A stretch of 64,000 nucleotides of DNA from Trypanosoma brucei (taxonomy: Eukaryota): contig CM000208.1 of assembly GCA_000002445.1 (NCBI GenBank), forward strand, positions 1,344,001-1,408,000, read 5' to 3'. A program made the position numbers and the translations under genes. Shown here in pieces: positions 31,866-41,826 of the stretch (the first letter of the stretch is position 1; each line of letters starts with the position of its first letter). Under the pieces are notes generated by a model. The model searched no databases and had not been told where the DNA came from. It worked only from the letters and a program-made list of their open reading frames with translations.

Positions 31866-32612
31866 TTTCATGAAAGCCCCAATATATATTGGTGGTTCCT
31901 ACTCGTCGCATTTTAGGTGCTCGTGACGATCTGGGGACCAATCCCTCGCTTGCAGGTGAGTATATAGTGACAACCGCACTGGTCAGAAAGGTAAAGTGGA
32001 CTCGCTTTGCCTAAGCTGGCGGTAGTTTTATCCATTTTCGTGACTTGGACTTTACCCGTGGATCATAATGTTGGCGGGTGTTACATGGTGGAAATACAAA
32101 TGAGTCAAGAAAGAGGAGGTGCAAGATCCTTTCATCACAATTGCTGCTTGTTTCACCTCCACCGAGTCAAGGGACTGGCTGCTAGCCCACTGTGAAAGGG
32201 GCGAATTGTGTTGACATACGGCTGCGGCTGGCGGAGTAGCTCTACCGGGTTAAATATGGAACTTCACCGTTGTAATGCGAATGGAAAACGTCCAATGGTG
32301 AACAATCAAAAACTACGGTTGTGCTGTCCGATATCTGCACACCCCGATAGGTCATTACACGGGGAAGTACAACATCTTATCGTATATTTTGTCCCTTCCA
32401 TCGTCTAAGTGCCATCTCCTTCTTGGAAAGGATAAACATACTTCTTTCTTCTATTTCGCTGTTAGAAAGAGTGGTTTCAACAAAATTGCAGGTCATTGCC
32501 TTCGGTAGTTAATATTGTGCAGCCCTTTTCTTATTCAATCTACATATCTCATTGCTCTCATGACCCCTTTTGCCCCTCGTTGAATTTGTACTACGACACG
32601 TAGGAAGTAGTC

Positions 32613-32990
32613 ATGCGGACGATTGACTGCGAGTTCTCGCACTTCGCTGTACATCCGGGCCATGGCCGCCGCTACGTCCCGTTTGCCTTCTTATCAACGA
32701 AGCCTGTGCTGACATTTGCGCGCCCGAAGTGTTTCGCGATGTACATGCGCAAAAAGAACCCACGCTTTATTGCCTGGACCCGCACGTACCGCCGCATTCA
32801 TCGGAAGACGACGACCGACCGCGTGGGCCGCCGCCGTGCCGCCCGCACAGTGAGGGCAGAGCGCGCCATCGTCGGTGCTGAGCTCTCCTACATTCAAGAA
32901 GTGCGAGCAAAGGCGAAGAAGGTTGACCGTACCGCCAAGGGCAAAGCCGTGCGTGAGGAGATGGCTGCTCGTAAGGCAGCGAAGAAATAG
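32613..32990 (+). CDS. RPL24: 60S ribosomal protein L24 (eL24), copy 2
   Basis: The coding sequence is identical to copy 1 except for one nucleotide (G at 32856 versus A at 29968), which changes Thr82 to Ala82. The flanks are unrelated to those of copy 1. Confidence 0.85.
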   Translation: MRTIDCEFSHFAVHPGHGRRYVPFAFLSTKPVLTFARPKCFAMYMRKKNPRFIAWTRTYRRIHRKTTTDRVGRRRAARTVRAERAIVGAELSYIQEVRAKAKKVDRTAKGKAVREEMAARKAAKK

Positions 32991-33431
32991 AGGCGCGCAG
33001 GATTCGTTTCTCACTACTCCAATTCCTTCAATGAGATTTGTCTTTGTTAGTTTTTAGTTAGTGCTTTCCACGCCAACACCAATAGCGCTTTCTCATGTTC
33101 ACTGTTGTGAGGTGTGAACTGCTCAGCAGAGGCGAAGGCCATCGATTACCTTGTGTAGTATTTGCGTTTTATCTGCCTGATTGCGCCCTTGTTTATAGCT
33201 GCTGACACTATATGCTGCTTTTCCTTAATTTTTGTAGTCTTTTTTTTTTGAAGTGGTTCCCTTGTTTCGCTGTCCAATTTGTGCCATCGTTTTACCGTTT
33301 ATTATCGGCCTTTGGGGAAAATCGGCCTGTGCGGCTGGGAAGAAGGACCTTAAAAAAAAACGAATTGGCCAGGGAAAGAAAACAAACAGAAAAAGAAATC
33401 GAAGATTACTGTCGGAGATTATCGCAACTAC

Positions 33432-34703
33432 ATGACATCCACCGCGACGGAGGTTACTCAGACCCAAAGTCTTGCAGCCGTACGAAACTTTATTCGTGTG
33501 GCCGTTTCGTGCGTCACTTACCTTCGTGGATTGTGCAGTGATGAATCGTATCAACCCCGTCAGTTTCTTGGACTGCAGCTGAAGCAGCTTGTTCGCTCAT
33601 CTGGAGATGCCGGTGCCATTTCACGCTGGATGGAAGAGGGTGCTTTCGACGCGCTCAACAGGGGTTACCTTAAGGAACTCTCACTTTGTGTTCACGAACC
33701 AAACTGCACTGAGTTACTTGAGAGATACTCGTTTATGGTGTCATACAGCCCCGGCGGCCAGCGGGCCGCACTCTCGCTTACAGGTGAATCGATGAAGGAA
33801 AACCTCAGTTGCTCCTTTGGCACAGTGGGAGGAGGAGGAGGAGGAGATAAAATGGGTAAAGTATTGAGAAAACGTCGCTGCCGTCAGGAGGTACAGCAAG
33901 CGCTGGCAAGTATCATCACCAAACTCATGGAGGTTGTGGAGGGACTTCCACCGTTACTGTGCGAGCGTGTCCTCACCATGCAACTCAAATACTACGAGGA
34001 TGTAACACCTCCCTCTTATGAACCCCCTTGCTTTGCCCCTGCCAGTCCCAGCACTGTTGCGGCTCATTACAGAGAAGAAAAGAACAGCACCGATATCGCC
34101 ACACTCGACACGGGTCACCACACGCTCTCTATTAACATTCGACACAAATTCTTCGAACAACTGCGGCCACACAATTTGTCGCAAATGAACATGTACGATG
34201 CGAGCTCCTCGTCGGCGCGAAGGGACCCGACGAAGGGAGGCAAGGATGACGCTGCAGCTTATGGTTGTAGGAACGAGAGAGGTACCACAGAAAATCGCAC
34301 CAGTAGGGGGATTACCAACGACTGGGCCCATGCAGATGAAGTTGCGTTCCTTGTCTTCACAAGTTTTATATTAACAAAGTCTCCCACGGTATCCCGTGGC
34401 CGTATAACCATGGGTGAAATAGAAGAGTACCTTCGTGTCGCTTGTCCCATGGAAATTGAGATGAAACAGGTTCAATCAATGATGCGGCGACTTGAAACTA
34501 GCGGTATCGTTTCGTTAGAAGCACCGCTTGAATGGGCTGTGAGTGAGCAACGTTCTGCAGCGGTAGTAAGTGCAATACTTGAACGACAAGATGTAGTCTC
34601 TCTGCTCAGCGTTCAAACACGCATGGATTTGCGATATCTCACCACTGGACGGAAGGTATCCCGTCTTAGCTCTTCTAAAGGGCGTAAGCGAGTTCGTGCA
34701 TAG
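33432..34703 (+). CDS. HOP1: HORMA-domain protein, meiotic HOP1-like
   Basis: The N-terminal roughly 200 aa has the HORMA pattern (SLAAVRNFIRVAVSCVTYLRGLCSDESY..., then the safety-belt region). The C-terminal part is divergent and includes a poly-Gly segment (GGGGGGGD). In my recollection the T. brucei meiotic HOP1 lies in this chromosome neighbourhood. Confidence 0.65.
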   Translation: MTSTATEVTQTQSLAAVRNFIRVAVSCVTYLRGLCSDESYQPRQFLGLQLKQLVRSSGDAGAISRWMEEGAFDALNRGYLKELSLCVHEPNCTELLERYSFMVSYSPGGQRAALSLTGESMKENLSCSFGTVGGGGGGDKMGKVLRKRRCRQEVQQALASIITKLMEVVEGLPPLLCERVLTMQLKYYEDVTPPSYEPPCFAPASPSTVAAHYREEKNSTDIATLDTGHHTLSINIRHKFFEQLRPHNLSQMNMYDASSSSARRDPTKGGKDDAAAYGCRNERGTTENRTSRGITNDWAHADEVAFLVFTSFILTKSPTVSRGRITMGEIEEYLRVACPMEIEMKQVQSMMRRLETSGIVSLEAPLEWAVSEQRSAAVVSAILERQDVVSLLSVQTRMDLRYLTTGRKVSRLSSSKGRKRVRA

Positions 34704-35187
34704 TACCTGACAAATAACATTCGTCACATCTATGATTTTACTTTTCTTATTTCCCCTCTGTGTTGCTGTTAGGACGTTATTTATTCTCACCCTTTGTATC
34801 ACAGGTGCGTAAATGCACGTCCGAAGGTGTTTTTTTTTTAATCATCACATACAGTTTTAATTATTTACTTTCTTTTCCCTCGCGAAACTTATTGGAGTGA
34901 CGTACGATCTTTCTGGGATGTATGCTTTTTGGCTTCTCTAGGGTGTAACCCACAAAAAGTGCACCGTTGATTATTTTTTTTTCTTGTTTCCTCCATTTCC
35001 CACATTACTTTTTTTAATGTCACTAAATACATTGACAGATATTAAATTCAACCGTCTTTCCTTTGAATTATTGTTTGACTCCCGTAAATTGTCTCTCTGG
35101 CACGTTGACATAAACGATTAAAATCATCAGAAACAAAAGGACCATTGCTTTCTTCGCTATTTTCCTCAAGTCCTTTCAGCGGGTTAA

Positions 35188-36228
35188 ATGCGGTCGGTAG
35201 GTGGTGCCGTTGGTGCTACATGCTGCTTAGTTCCGTCTGTGGGTACCCAAAGGCGTCAGTATCATGCTTTTCAGTTCGCAGGGTTCCATGGGTGGAAGAT
35301 ACCATACGAGGGTAAAACGAAAGTGACGAAAGAGGAGCTAGACAACATTCGTTTCTTCACGCAGCGGTCCAAGGATAAATGGGACTACCACCGAGTCGAT
35401 GAAAACATTAACTCGAGTTCGGAGTTCCGCAAAACACATGACAGACCAGAGTTTGAACAGGGTATGCGTGAAGACAACTCAACGACCGATCACGGAGACT
35501 TACACACGCCCAAAAAGTACCGTCTGTATGAACACTTTGATGAGTATACAAAACCTGGGGTGAACAAAAAGGTTGCTGCTTGCTATGCCGTGAAAGAGCA
35601 GTGGGATGCTGAGGAGTTTTATTACCCTGGCGAGGCATGGAAGAAGAACCGACCCGGTTTCCGGAGTGTACCTAAGGAACTCTTGAACCGTCAAACGTGG
35701 TATCATTGGTCCGACACTATCATGAAGTGGGATGAGATTCAACCCACTATACGAACCCGTTCCTGGAACCCTGACTGGCCACCTCCTGGATATAAAGTGC
35801 CATCAATGCATTGCAAGAAGGAGTTTGTATTTGGTGTGGAGGATCCTGCTGTTGTGTCCGAAGTAGAGCGCTACAATTGGTATCGATCTTGGAGTGATAG
35901 TAATCTACGTTGTGGTTGGAAGGACATATGGTTGTTCGGTGTGCTGTTCGGAGCTATGTATTATATGGCCCGTAACGCGCTCGACATCGTTAGCATGCGT
36001 GCCATGATGAGCAACATGTTTTACCCGGGCCGCCAGTTTATCCGCTCTTTTGGCACACCGAGGGATTGGGAAACTGATGTTTTTTGGTGGCAACGCCCAC
36101 TTGAGGAATTTCCCAATCAGGGCGAAGTGTGGTACATTAATGAAAGCCGTTACAAGTACATTAACTATATAAAAAAACGTGACGCGATGGAACGGGCCTT
36201 AGCGGAAGCAGAAATGAATGCAGTTTAG
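35188..36228 (+). CDS. Hypothetical protein, 346 aa, with a presequence-like N-terminus and one predicted TM helix (possibly mitochondrial)
   Basis: N-terminus MRSVGGAVGATCCLVPSVGTQRRQY. TM helix IWLFGVLFGAMYYMARNALDIV. It is rich in W/Y. Confidence 0.5.
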   Translation: MRSVGGAVGATCCLVPSVGTQRRQYHAFQFAGFHGWKIPYEGKTKVTKEELDNIRFFTQRSKDKWDYHRVDENINSSSEFRKTHDRPEFEQGMREDNSTTDHGDLHTPKKYRLYEHFDEYTKPGVNKKVAACYAVKEQWDAEEFYYPGEAWKKNRPGFRSVPKELLNRQTWYHWSDTIMKWDEIQPTIRTRSWNPDWPPPGYKVPSMHCKKEFVFGVEDPAVVSEVERYNWYRSWSDSNLRCGWKDIWLFGVLFGAMYYMARNALDIVSMRAMMSNMFYPGRQFIRSFGTPRDWETDVFWWQRPLEEFPNQGEVWYINESRYKYINYIKKRDAMERALAEAEMNAV

Positions 36229-37261
36229 ATGTTTTTGTTAGTAGGGCTGGCGAGTGACTGGTTTTCCCTACCTTACCTCAGTAAATACCCTGAAGAGAGA
36301 GAGCAAGAGGTTAGGCGAGTGGAGTAGTATGATATGGGGAGCTTAACGAAGGGTGATTATTTTACTATTATCATTGTCTGGAGAGGGGAAAAGCGGGACG
36401 CTGTACTTAACAGTGGACAGAACAGTGAAGTAGGAACATGTAGTGTAGCAGTCGTAGAATATTGAGGAGTAAGGTAATATAGTTCGGTACTGAGAAATGG
36501 AGGGAAACGGTCTCCCTTTCAAACACTTTCTTTTTTTACTTCTTCCTTGCGGTTCCGGCTCATTGAAACGTGTTCAATATGATTTGCGTAGGCGAATTAT
36601 GTGCATCTTTGTGCCGCTGTGTTCGCGTGTGGGTAGTACTTGGAAGGACGCCGTGCTGCAGTGCATCATCAGAAGTTTTGTTCACTGTCATCCCCTTCTA
36701 CTTTCTTTTTGTCATTCTCAGCGCCGAGCTTCAACCGGGAAGAGGCGTTGTGGGGCGGTGACGTATAACATTATCGTTTAGTGAGTTCCTTTTTTGGTTG
36801 TTTGCTAGTTGGAACCGAGCACTGTGGTAGTTGAGAGGTGTGATGATTACTGGAGGAACAATTGATGAGGTGTATCCGGTGCCTTAAATTCGGTGGTCTC
36901 GCATTTATGCGATAGTGTCATTCTGATATGATCGCACACCTCCACTGTTTCAGTGGTGGCACTTGACAACTTCAGCACATACCTTCAAACTTTCTTCGCT
37001 TCATACCGGAGCGAAGCTAAACCACAAACATTGGCGTTTCACCTTCTTCGTACTACACGTTGGAAGGGCTCAACGCTTCGTGTTGCCAATTCTTGAGGAT
37101 TTTGTTTCCCCTCCCGCACGATTTCCTTGCGCTGTCTAGTTCATCAAAACTCTTATTTTATTTTATTTCTTGCATGGTTGTTGCCCTTCTGTCTTGTCCA
37201 TTCCCATTCAGTAGTGTTGTAGTTTTTGTAACTCTGTGGGTGAAAGAAGGGGGGGGAGCAT

Positions 37262-37300
37262 CACACCAAAACCCTCCTCTCTCTTTCTCTCTTTGCTCAG
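37262..37300 (+). promoter_or_regulatory. Polypyrimidine tract plus AG: candidate spliced-leader trans-splice acceptor for the inositol 5-phosphatase gene
   Basis: cacaccaaaaccctcctctctctttctctctttgctcag / gttgcagagg, with the ATG 18 nt downstream. This matches kinetoplastid trans-splicing signal architecture (established knowledge). Confidence 0.5.
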
Positions 37301-37317
37301 GTTGCAGAGGAGGTGGA

Positions 37318-39012
37318 ATGAGGGCTGCCGAGGGTGATCACGTGGCGGAAGGCGCTGAGAACACTACCGCCACATCGCCCGGTCCCGGTTCAGTGCGGGA
37401 ATCGAGCAAAAGCCCAAAGTCGCGGTCGAGATGTCATTCCCCTCGAAATGGAAGAAGGGGCGACAGGAGCAAGCGCGGTTCAGTACAACATACACCTCCT
37501 AGGAATTCGGTCCGTGATCCGAGTGCCATTCCTAAGCAGTTGGACATTGATGCCATGCAGGTTGCCATTGCCACTTCCCTACCGCGCCGGCTTGACCAGT
37601 TCTGTGATGAATTCCACAGTATTCCTTTCGTTATACGTAATGAAACCTTCCCCGTGCCGGATTCTTTGAAGCGTAACTCATGGATTCCTGGGGAGGTGCT
37701 GCGAGTGGCGTACATTACCTGGAACATGGCGCACGCAAAACCAGACTTTTACAGGGTGTCAAAATATTGCATTTGTCCCAACGCCCATCTTGTGGTTGTG
37801 TGCACGCAGGAAAACGGTTGTAACTGGTACGCCAAGAAAAAACAGCAGCGACAATGGAGAGATCATATCACGCAGGCTTGCCTCAAGAATTCGTATGAAC
37901 TAGTGGGGTGCAACTCACTCTGGTACATTCACATGCTGGTCTACGCTAGAAAGCACGATGTAGCCCCCCATGTGGGGCATGTGGAAAAAGCGAAAGTGCG
38001 AACCGGAATTGGCAATGGTTTAGGCGGAAACAAAGGTGGCGTGGGCATTGCCCTGTCCATTTCAACAGAATGTAGGTTTAATGCGTTGAGTGATCCTCGC
38101 GGCCATAGAAGGGGTGCGCGGGCATCAAAACAGCAGCGCCAAGACATTTCTTGCTCTCATATGAACCCAATAGAGTGCGGTGGTGGTGATGATTCTTTAC
38201 ACAGTGCATTACCTCAGCCAGCACGTTTCACGATCTTATTTGTTGGCGCTCATCTTGCTGCCCATCAGGATGCAGTTGGTCTACGAAATAGAGACTACCG
38301 GAACATTGTCAAGATGTTGCATGTGGGACTTCGTGGGAAGTTTAAAGAGTTTCACGCAAGCATCCGGAGGAGTAGAGCTCTCGCGTGCTGCCCTCTGGAC
38401 ACCGAAAGCGCAAGGGGGTTAAACATCACGGAAGATCAGGCCACGCGCCAAAATGCTGTTTGCTCCAATGGCGGCTGTAAAGCAATGAATGGCTCAGCTG
38501 CTGTGTCTAACGAACGTGATGAAGACGATGGAGGCCCAGTTGGTATAATGAAACTTCCTTTTTGTATGAAGAATCAACCGCAAGAAGAGCGTCGAGATGC
38601 GACGGATGAGTTTGACCTTGTCTTCTTTGGAGGTGACCTGAATTACCGTCTCGACGGTACATCAAAGGCGATCCGGGATATAATTGATAATAAGAAGAAT
38701 GTTCGATCCGTACTTTGTAACAACGACCAGCTCAATCGAGAAAGAGCGAAGGGTGAAGTATTTAGGGGGTTTAAGGAGGGCAATCTCTTCTTCCGCCCAA
38801 CTTACAAGTACGAGTTGAGGAGTAGAAATTACAGTACTACTGATAAGCGCATACCGGCCTACTGTGACCGCGTTTTGTTCAAGAAGCCAGCTCAATCGTG
38901 TGTTGGAAAGGTAAGAATACGACTCTACACAGACGTCCAGGCGGTGCAAACAAGTGATCATCGCCCGGTAGTTGCAATTTTTGACGTTGCAACAATTCCA
39001 AGCAACAAATAA
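37318..39012 (+). CDS. Inositol / phosphoinositide polyphosphate 5-phosphatase (endonuclease/exonuclease/phosphatase fold) with a Ser/Arg/Pro-rich N-terminal extension
   Basis: Catalytic 5-phosphatase motifs FFGGDLNYRL (about 38628..38657) and SDHRPVVAIFDV (about 38954..38989). The ORF track starts at 37060. I chose ATG 37318 (MRAAEGD), which is immediately preceded by a poly-Y tract and an AG at 37299..37300. Confidence 0.8.
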   Translation: MRAAEGDHVAEGAENTTATSPGPGSVRESSKSPKSRSRCHSPRNGRRGDRSKRGSVQHTPPRNSVRDPSAIPKQLDIDAMQVAIATSLPRRLDQFCDEFHSIPFVIRNETFPVPDSLKRNSWIPGEVLRVAYITWNMAHAKPDFYRVSKYCICPNAHLVVVCTQENGCNWYAKKKQQRQWRDHITQACLKNSYELVGCNSLWYIHMLVYARKHDVAPHVGHVEKAKVRTGIGNGLGGNKGGVGIALSISTECRFNALSDPRGHRRGARASKQQRQDISCSHMNPIECGGGDDSLHSALPQPARFTILFVGAHLAAHQDAVGLRNRDYRNIVKMLHVGLRGKFKEFHASIRRSRALACCPLDTESARGLNITEDQATRQNAVCSNGGCKAMNGSAAVSNERDEDDGGPVGIMKLPFCMKNQPQEERRDATDEFDLVFFGGDLNYRLDGTSKAIRDIIDNKKNVRSVLCNNDQLNRERAKGEVFRGFKEGNLFFRPTYKYELRSRNYSTTDKRIPAYCDRVLFKKPAQSCVGKVRIRLYTDVQAVQTSDHRPVVAIFDVATIPSNK

Positions 39013-39785
39013 TTAAGCTGAGACCGTGTGAATTTCGAGAGATGTGGCCTATTGCGAACATTTCTGCTTTTCTTTTCCACCATTTGAATTCGCTCTTTTA
39101 TTCCAATACTGTTCCTTCCCACCACGAATCCCTTCTGCATCGGTTTCACTATTTTTTTTCTTCCTGCCTCTTGAGCCCTTTGTTTTGTCCCCCTATTTTT
39201 GTAGCCTAGCTGTCGACCCATTTAGCAAACGCTTTTTCGTTGTCTGCATCTCTCTGTGTATGAGTGATTTCACTTTTCTGAGTTATTTTTCGTAAGCTTC
39301 GAATTATTGTAACGGCTTTAGTCGAGCAGTTCCCTTTGCATCATTTATCCTTTTTTTCCTTCTAGATGTATAAATGTATTTGTGACCTTTCATTTACTTT
39401 CCGTTCTGCTGCTCCTTTTCGTAGTGTTTTCCCCTCCTCCAGTTCTTTTCGGTGGTGTCGATCTTTCGATTTACCAAATTCTACCTTTGTATTTTTCATT
39501 TTTGTTTTGCTTATTCCTCACAGCCACGATTGAGCCGTTTTCTATTTATGAGTGCGTGCTATTTTGCGGCAATTACGAAACTCCATGTTACAATATTTCC
39601 AACAAACTTTTTCATTTTTGTTTTTGTCATTTTTCCTCCTTCGTGTTTCTGCATCTTTTTTTTTTGGTAAATTTTTTTCCAATTACGATGTGGAAATGAC
39701 GATTGGGGGAAGGTGTGCCTCCCTCCCCCCAAGCTGCAAAGCGAAAAAAAGGTTATGAAAAAACATATTTGATTATTTCCCCCTG

Positions 39786-39813
39786 CTCTCTCTCTCTCTC
39801 TTTTTTTTTTTTG
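39786..39813. repeat. (CT)8 followed by a T13 homopolymer within a 1.8-kb intergenic spacer
   Basis: ctctctctctctctctttttttttttttt. Confidence 0.8.
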
Positions 39814-40854
39814 CCTCCTTTTCGAAACAAAATTTGTTGTTTTTTTTTTTTGTAAAAAAGAATGGTAGAAAAAAGGGTTGTTGTGGAGCACCAAAAGGAA
39901 AGGATGTTGAGTTTGAGGAGGGGAAAAGTTTACTTTCACGTGTAGTTTGTTGATATTGCGCAGCTTCTTTCCTTTTTTCTCTACTGTTGTTTCCATTAAT
40001 TTTTTTTTTGCTTTTCGGTCTTTGTGCCTTCTGTTATAGTTGTGGAAATGGCGTGCGGTGGTGTGGGCTTCAAGGAGCGGCGTAAAATGAGGGGAAGCGA
40101 CCAATATAATAACGGGTTTAATGACGAATATTACAACGTAAAGTACGAAAGGAAAAAAAGATTGTGCGGGATGGTCGCTGAACAAACAAAGAGGGAGAAT
40201 AACGGAGAGAAAAATTTGGCATACATGCATATAAATTCTCTCGCGTGTATGTATTCATTTCATGCATATGTTCTGATTTGTTGTTATTTTTGTTTGTTGC
40301 GGAGGCGGTGAGTAAAATGTTAGGAGTCTCACAAATTTTAACGAAAAAAAAAACAAGTCATATTATGTTATGTTATGTGGCGTGATGTGAAGTAAACATT
40401 AGAGCATCGGCATCCCTCACCTTTTTTCTTCGCCAGTTTATCTTTCATCCCCATCTTTTCCTGCTCATCTCTCCTCAATACTATCTTTTCTATTCTATTT
40501 TTTAACTGATTTGCCTTCTCCATTGCAGTGGTTCGCAAAATACTTTTTTTTTTTTAAATACCTCTAGAGCACGCGTTAACACCCTCGTGTCAACTAAAAG
40601 AAGATTGAAGCGGTGCCTTTGCTCCCTTTCCGGTTTCTTTCGCTGCGCGCTGAACCTCCCAACTGGCGCTGTGACAAAATTCAGGCTGCTCGTGTTTGCT
40701 TGTGTCCCGTGGGTTCGTTTGGGAAAATAATAAACAAAACTAAACAAGGACGGCACCGAAACCCAAAAGGTTGCGAGTGGGGAGCAGTGACGTACCACAA
40801 AAGAAACAACGCCACTGTCTGGTGGATCAAGAAGGAATAAACATCAAGAAAGGC

Positions 40855-41826
40855 ATGACATACTCACGCCGCGCCACTCATGCGGGTTCATGGTATGAGG
40901 GGTCCCCCAACGCACTTAAAGCTCTTGTGGACACATTGTTTAGCACAGCGAGCAAATCCCCACTGAAAGAGAGCGAGAAGATGATTGGTGTCATAAGTCC
41001 GCACGCTGGAATCAGCTACTCGGGCAACACCGCTTCTCATGTGTATGTTCATCTCCGTGATTACATATACGGTCATAAAGGCCGCAGTATTACTCGCATC
41101 TTCTTGTTAGGTCCCTCACATCATAAGGGGTTTGATGGAGTTGAGGTTTGTGCTGCGCAGAGGTATGAAACACCATTTGGGCCCCTCGTTGTTAACGCAA
41201 AGGTGGGGCAGGAGGTGGAAAAAGAACTTCGCGCCGCCGGTGTTCCTGTGGGTACGATGCATCGAATGACGGATGAGGATGAACACTCGATTGAAATGCA
41301 ACTGCCCTTTATTTCACACCTACTGCATTATCCACCAAACGGCTACAAACCGGCAATGGATCGTGTTGAACTTGTGCCGCTGCTCATCGGGGGAACAAAT
41401 CGCAAAATGGAAAACTTGATAGGTTCGGTTCTTTCCAAGTACCTGAAGGATAATCAGAATTTTTTTGTAATAAGTTCTGACTTCTGCCACTGGGGCGCAC
41501 GTTTTCAATACATGTATCACTATGAGAAAGCGGAATATCCAGACATTGGTGACGCTATTATTTCAATGGATCATGAGGGCATGCGACTGCTGGAGGCGCG
41601 GGATATGGACGGCTGGTATAAATATTTATCGACTACAAACAATACCATTTGCGGGCGCCGGCCAATTTCGGTACTGATGGCAGCTCTCGACTCAAAAAAG
41701 GAAGCCGTTGTGCGATTTCTTCACTACTCTCAATCCAACCGCTGCAAAAACATGTCTGACTCCTCTGTAAGTTATGCGGGAGCAATCGTTACTCTAGACG
41801 AGAGCGGTGATAAATCTGCGCCATGA
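40855..41826 (+). CDS. MEMO1: MEMO1-family protein (Memo-like, AmmeMemoRadiSam B fold)
   Basis: Collinear with human MEMO1: HAGSWYEG, ISPHAGISYSG, LLGPSHH, DEDEHSIEMQLPF, SSDFCHWGARFQY, NTICGRRPI, DSSVSYAGA. I moved the start to ATG 40855 (MTYSRRATHAGSWY). Confidence 0.85.
   Translation: MTYSRRATHAGSWYEGSPNALKALVDTLFSTASKSPLKESEKMIGVISPHAGISYSGNTASHVYVHLRDYIYGHKGRSITRIFLLGPSHHKGFDGVEVCAAQRYETPFGPLVVNAKVGQEVEKELRAAGVPVGTMHRMTDEDEHSIEMQLPFISHLLHYPPNGYKPAMDRVELVPLLIGGTNRKMENLIGSVLSKYLKDNQNFFVISSDFCHWGARFQYMYHYEKAEYPDIGDAIISMDHEGMRLLEARDMDGWYKYLSTTNNTICGRRPISVLMAALDSKKEAVVRFLHYSQSNRCKNMSDSSVSYAGAIVTLDESGDKSAP

Noticed and set aside
36497-36781. Small + strand ORFs (94 and 63 aa) in the 1.1-kb spacer upstream of the 5-phosphatase gene
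   Set aside because: No conservation signal or motif. They could be uORF-like noise, and are not supportable as genes.
39559-40230. 223-aa minus-strand Lys-rich ORF in the long spacer
   Set aside because: It is extremely low-complexity (poly-K/E/F). That is what the reverse complement of T-rich or CT-rich spacer DNA produces. It is on the non-coding strand of the transcription unit.
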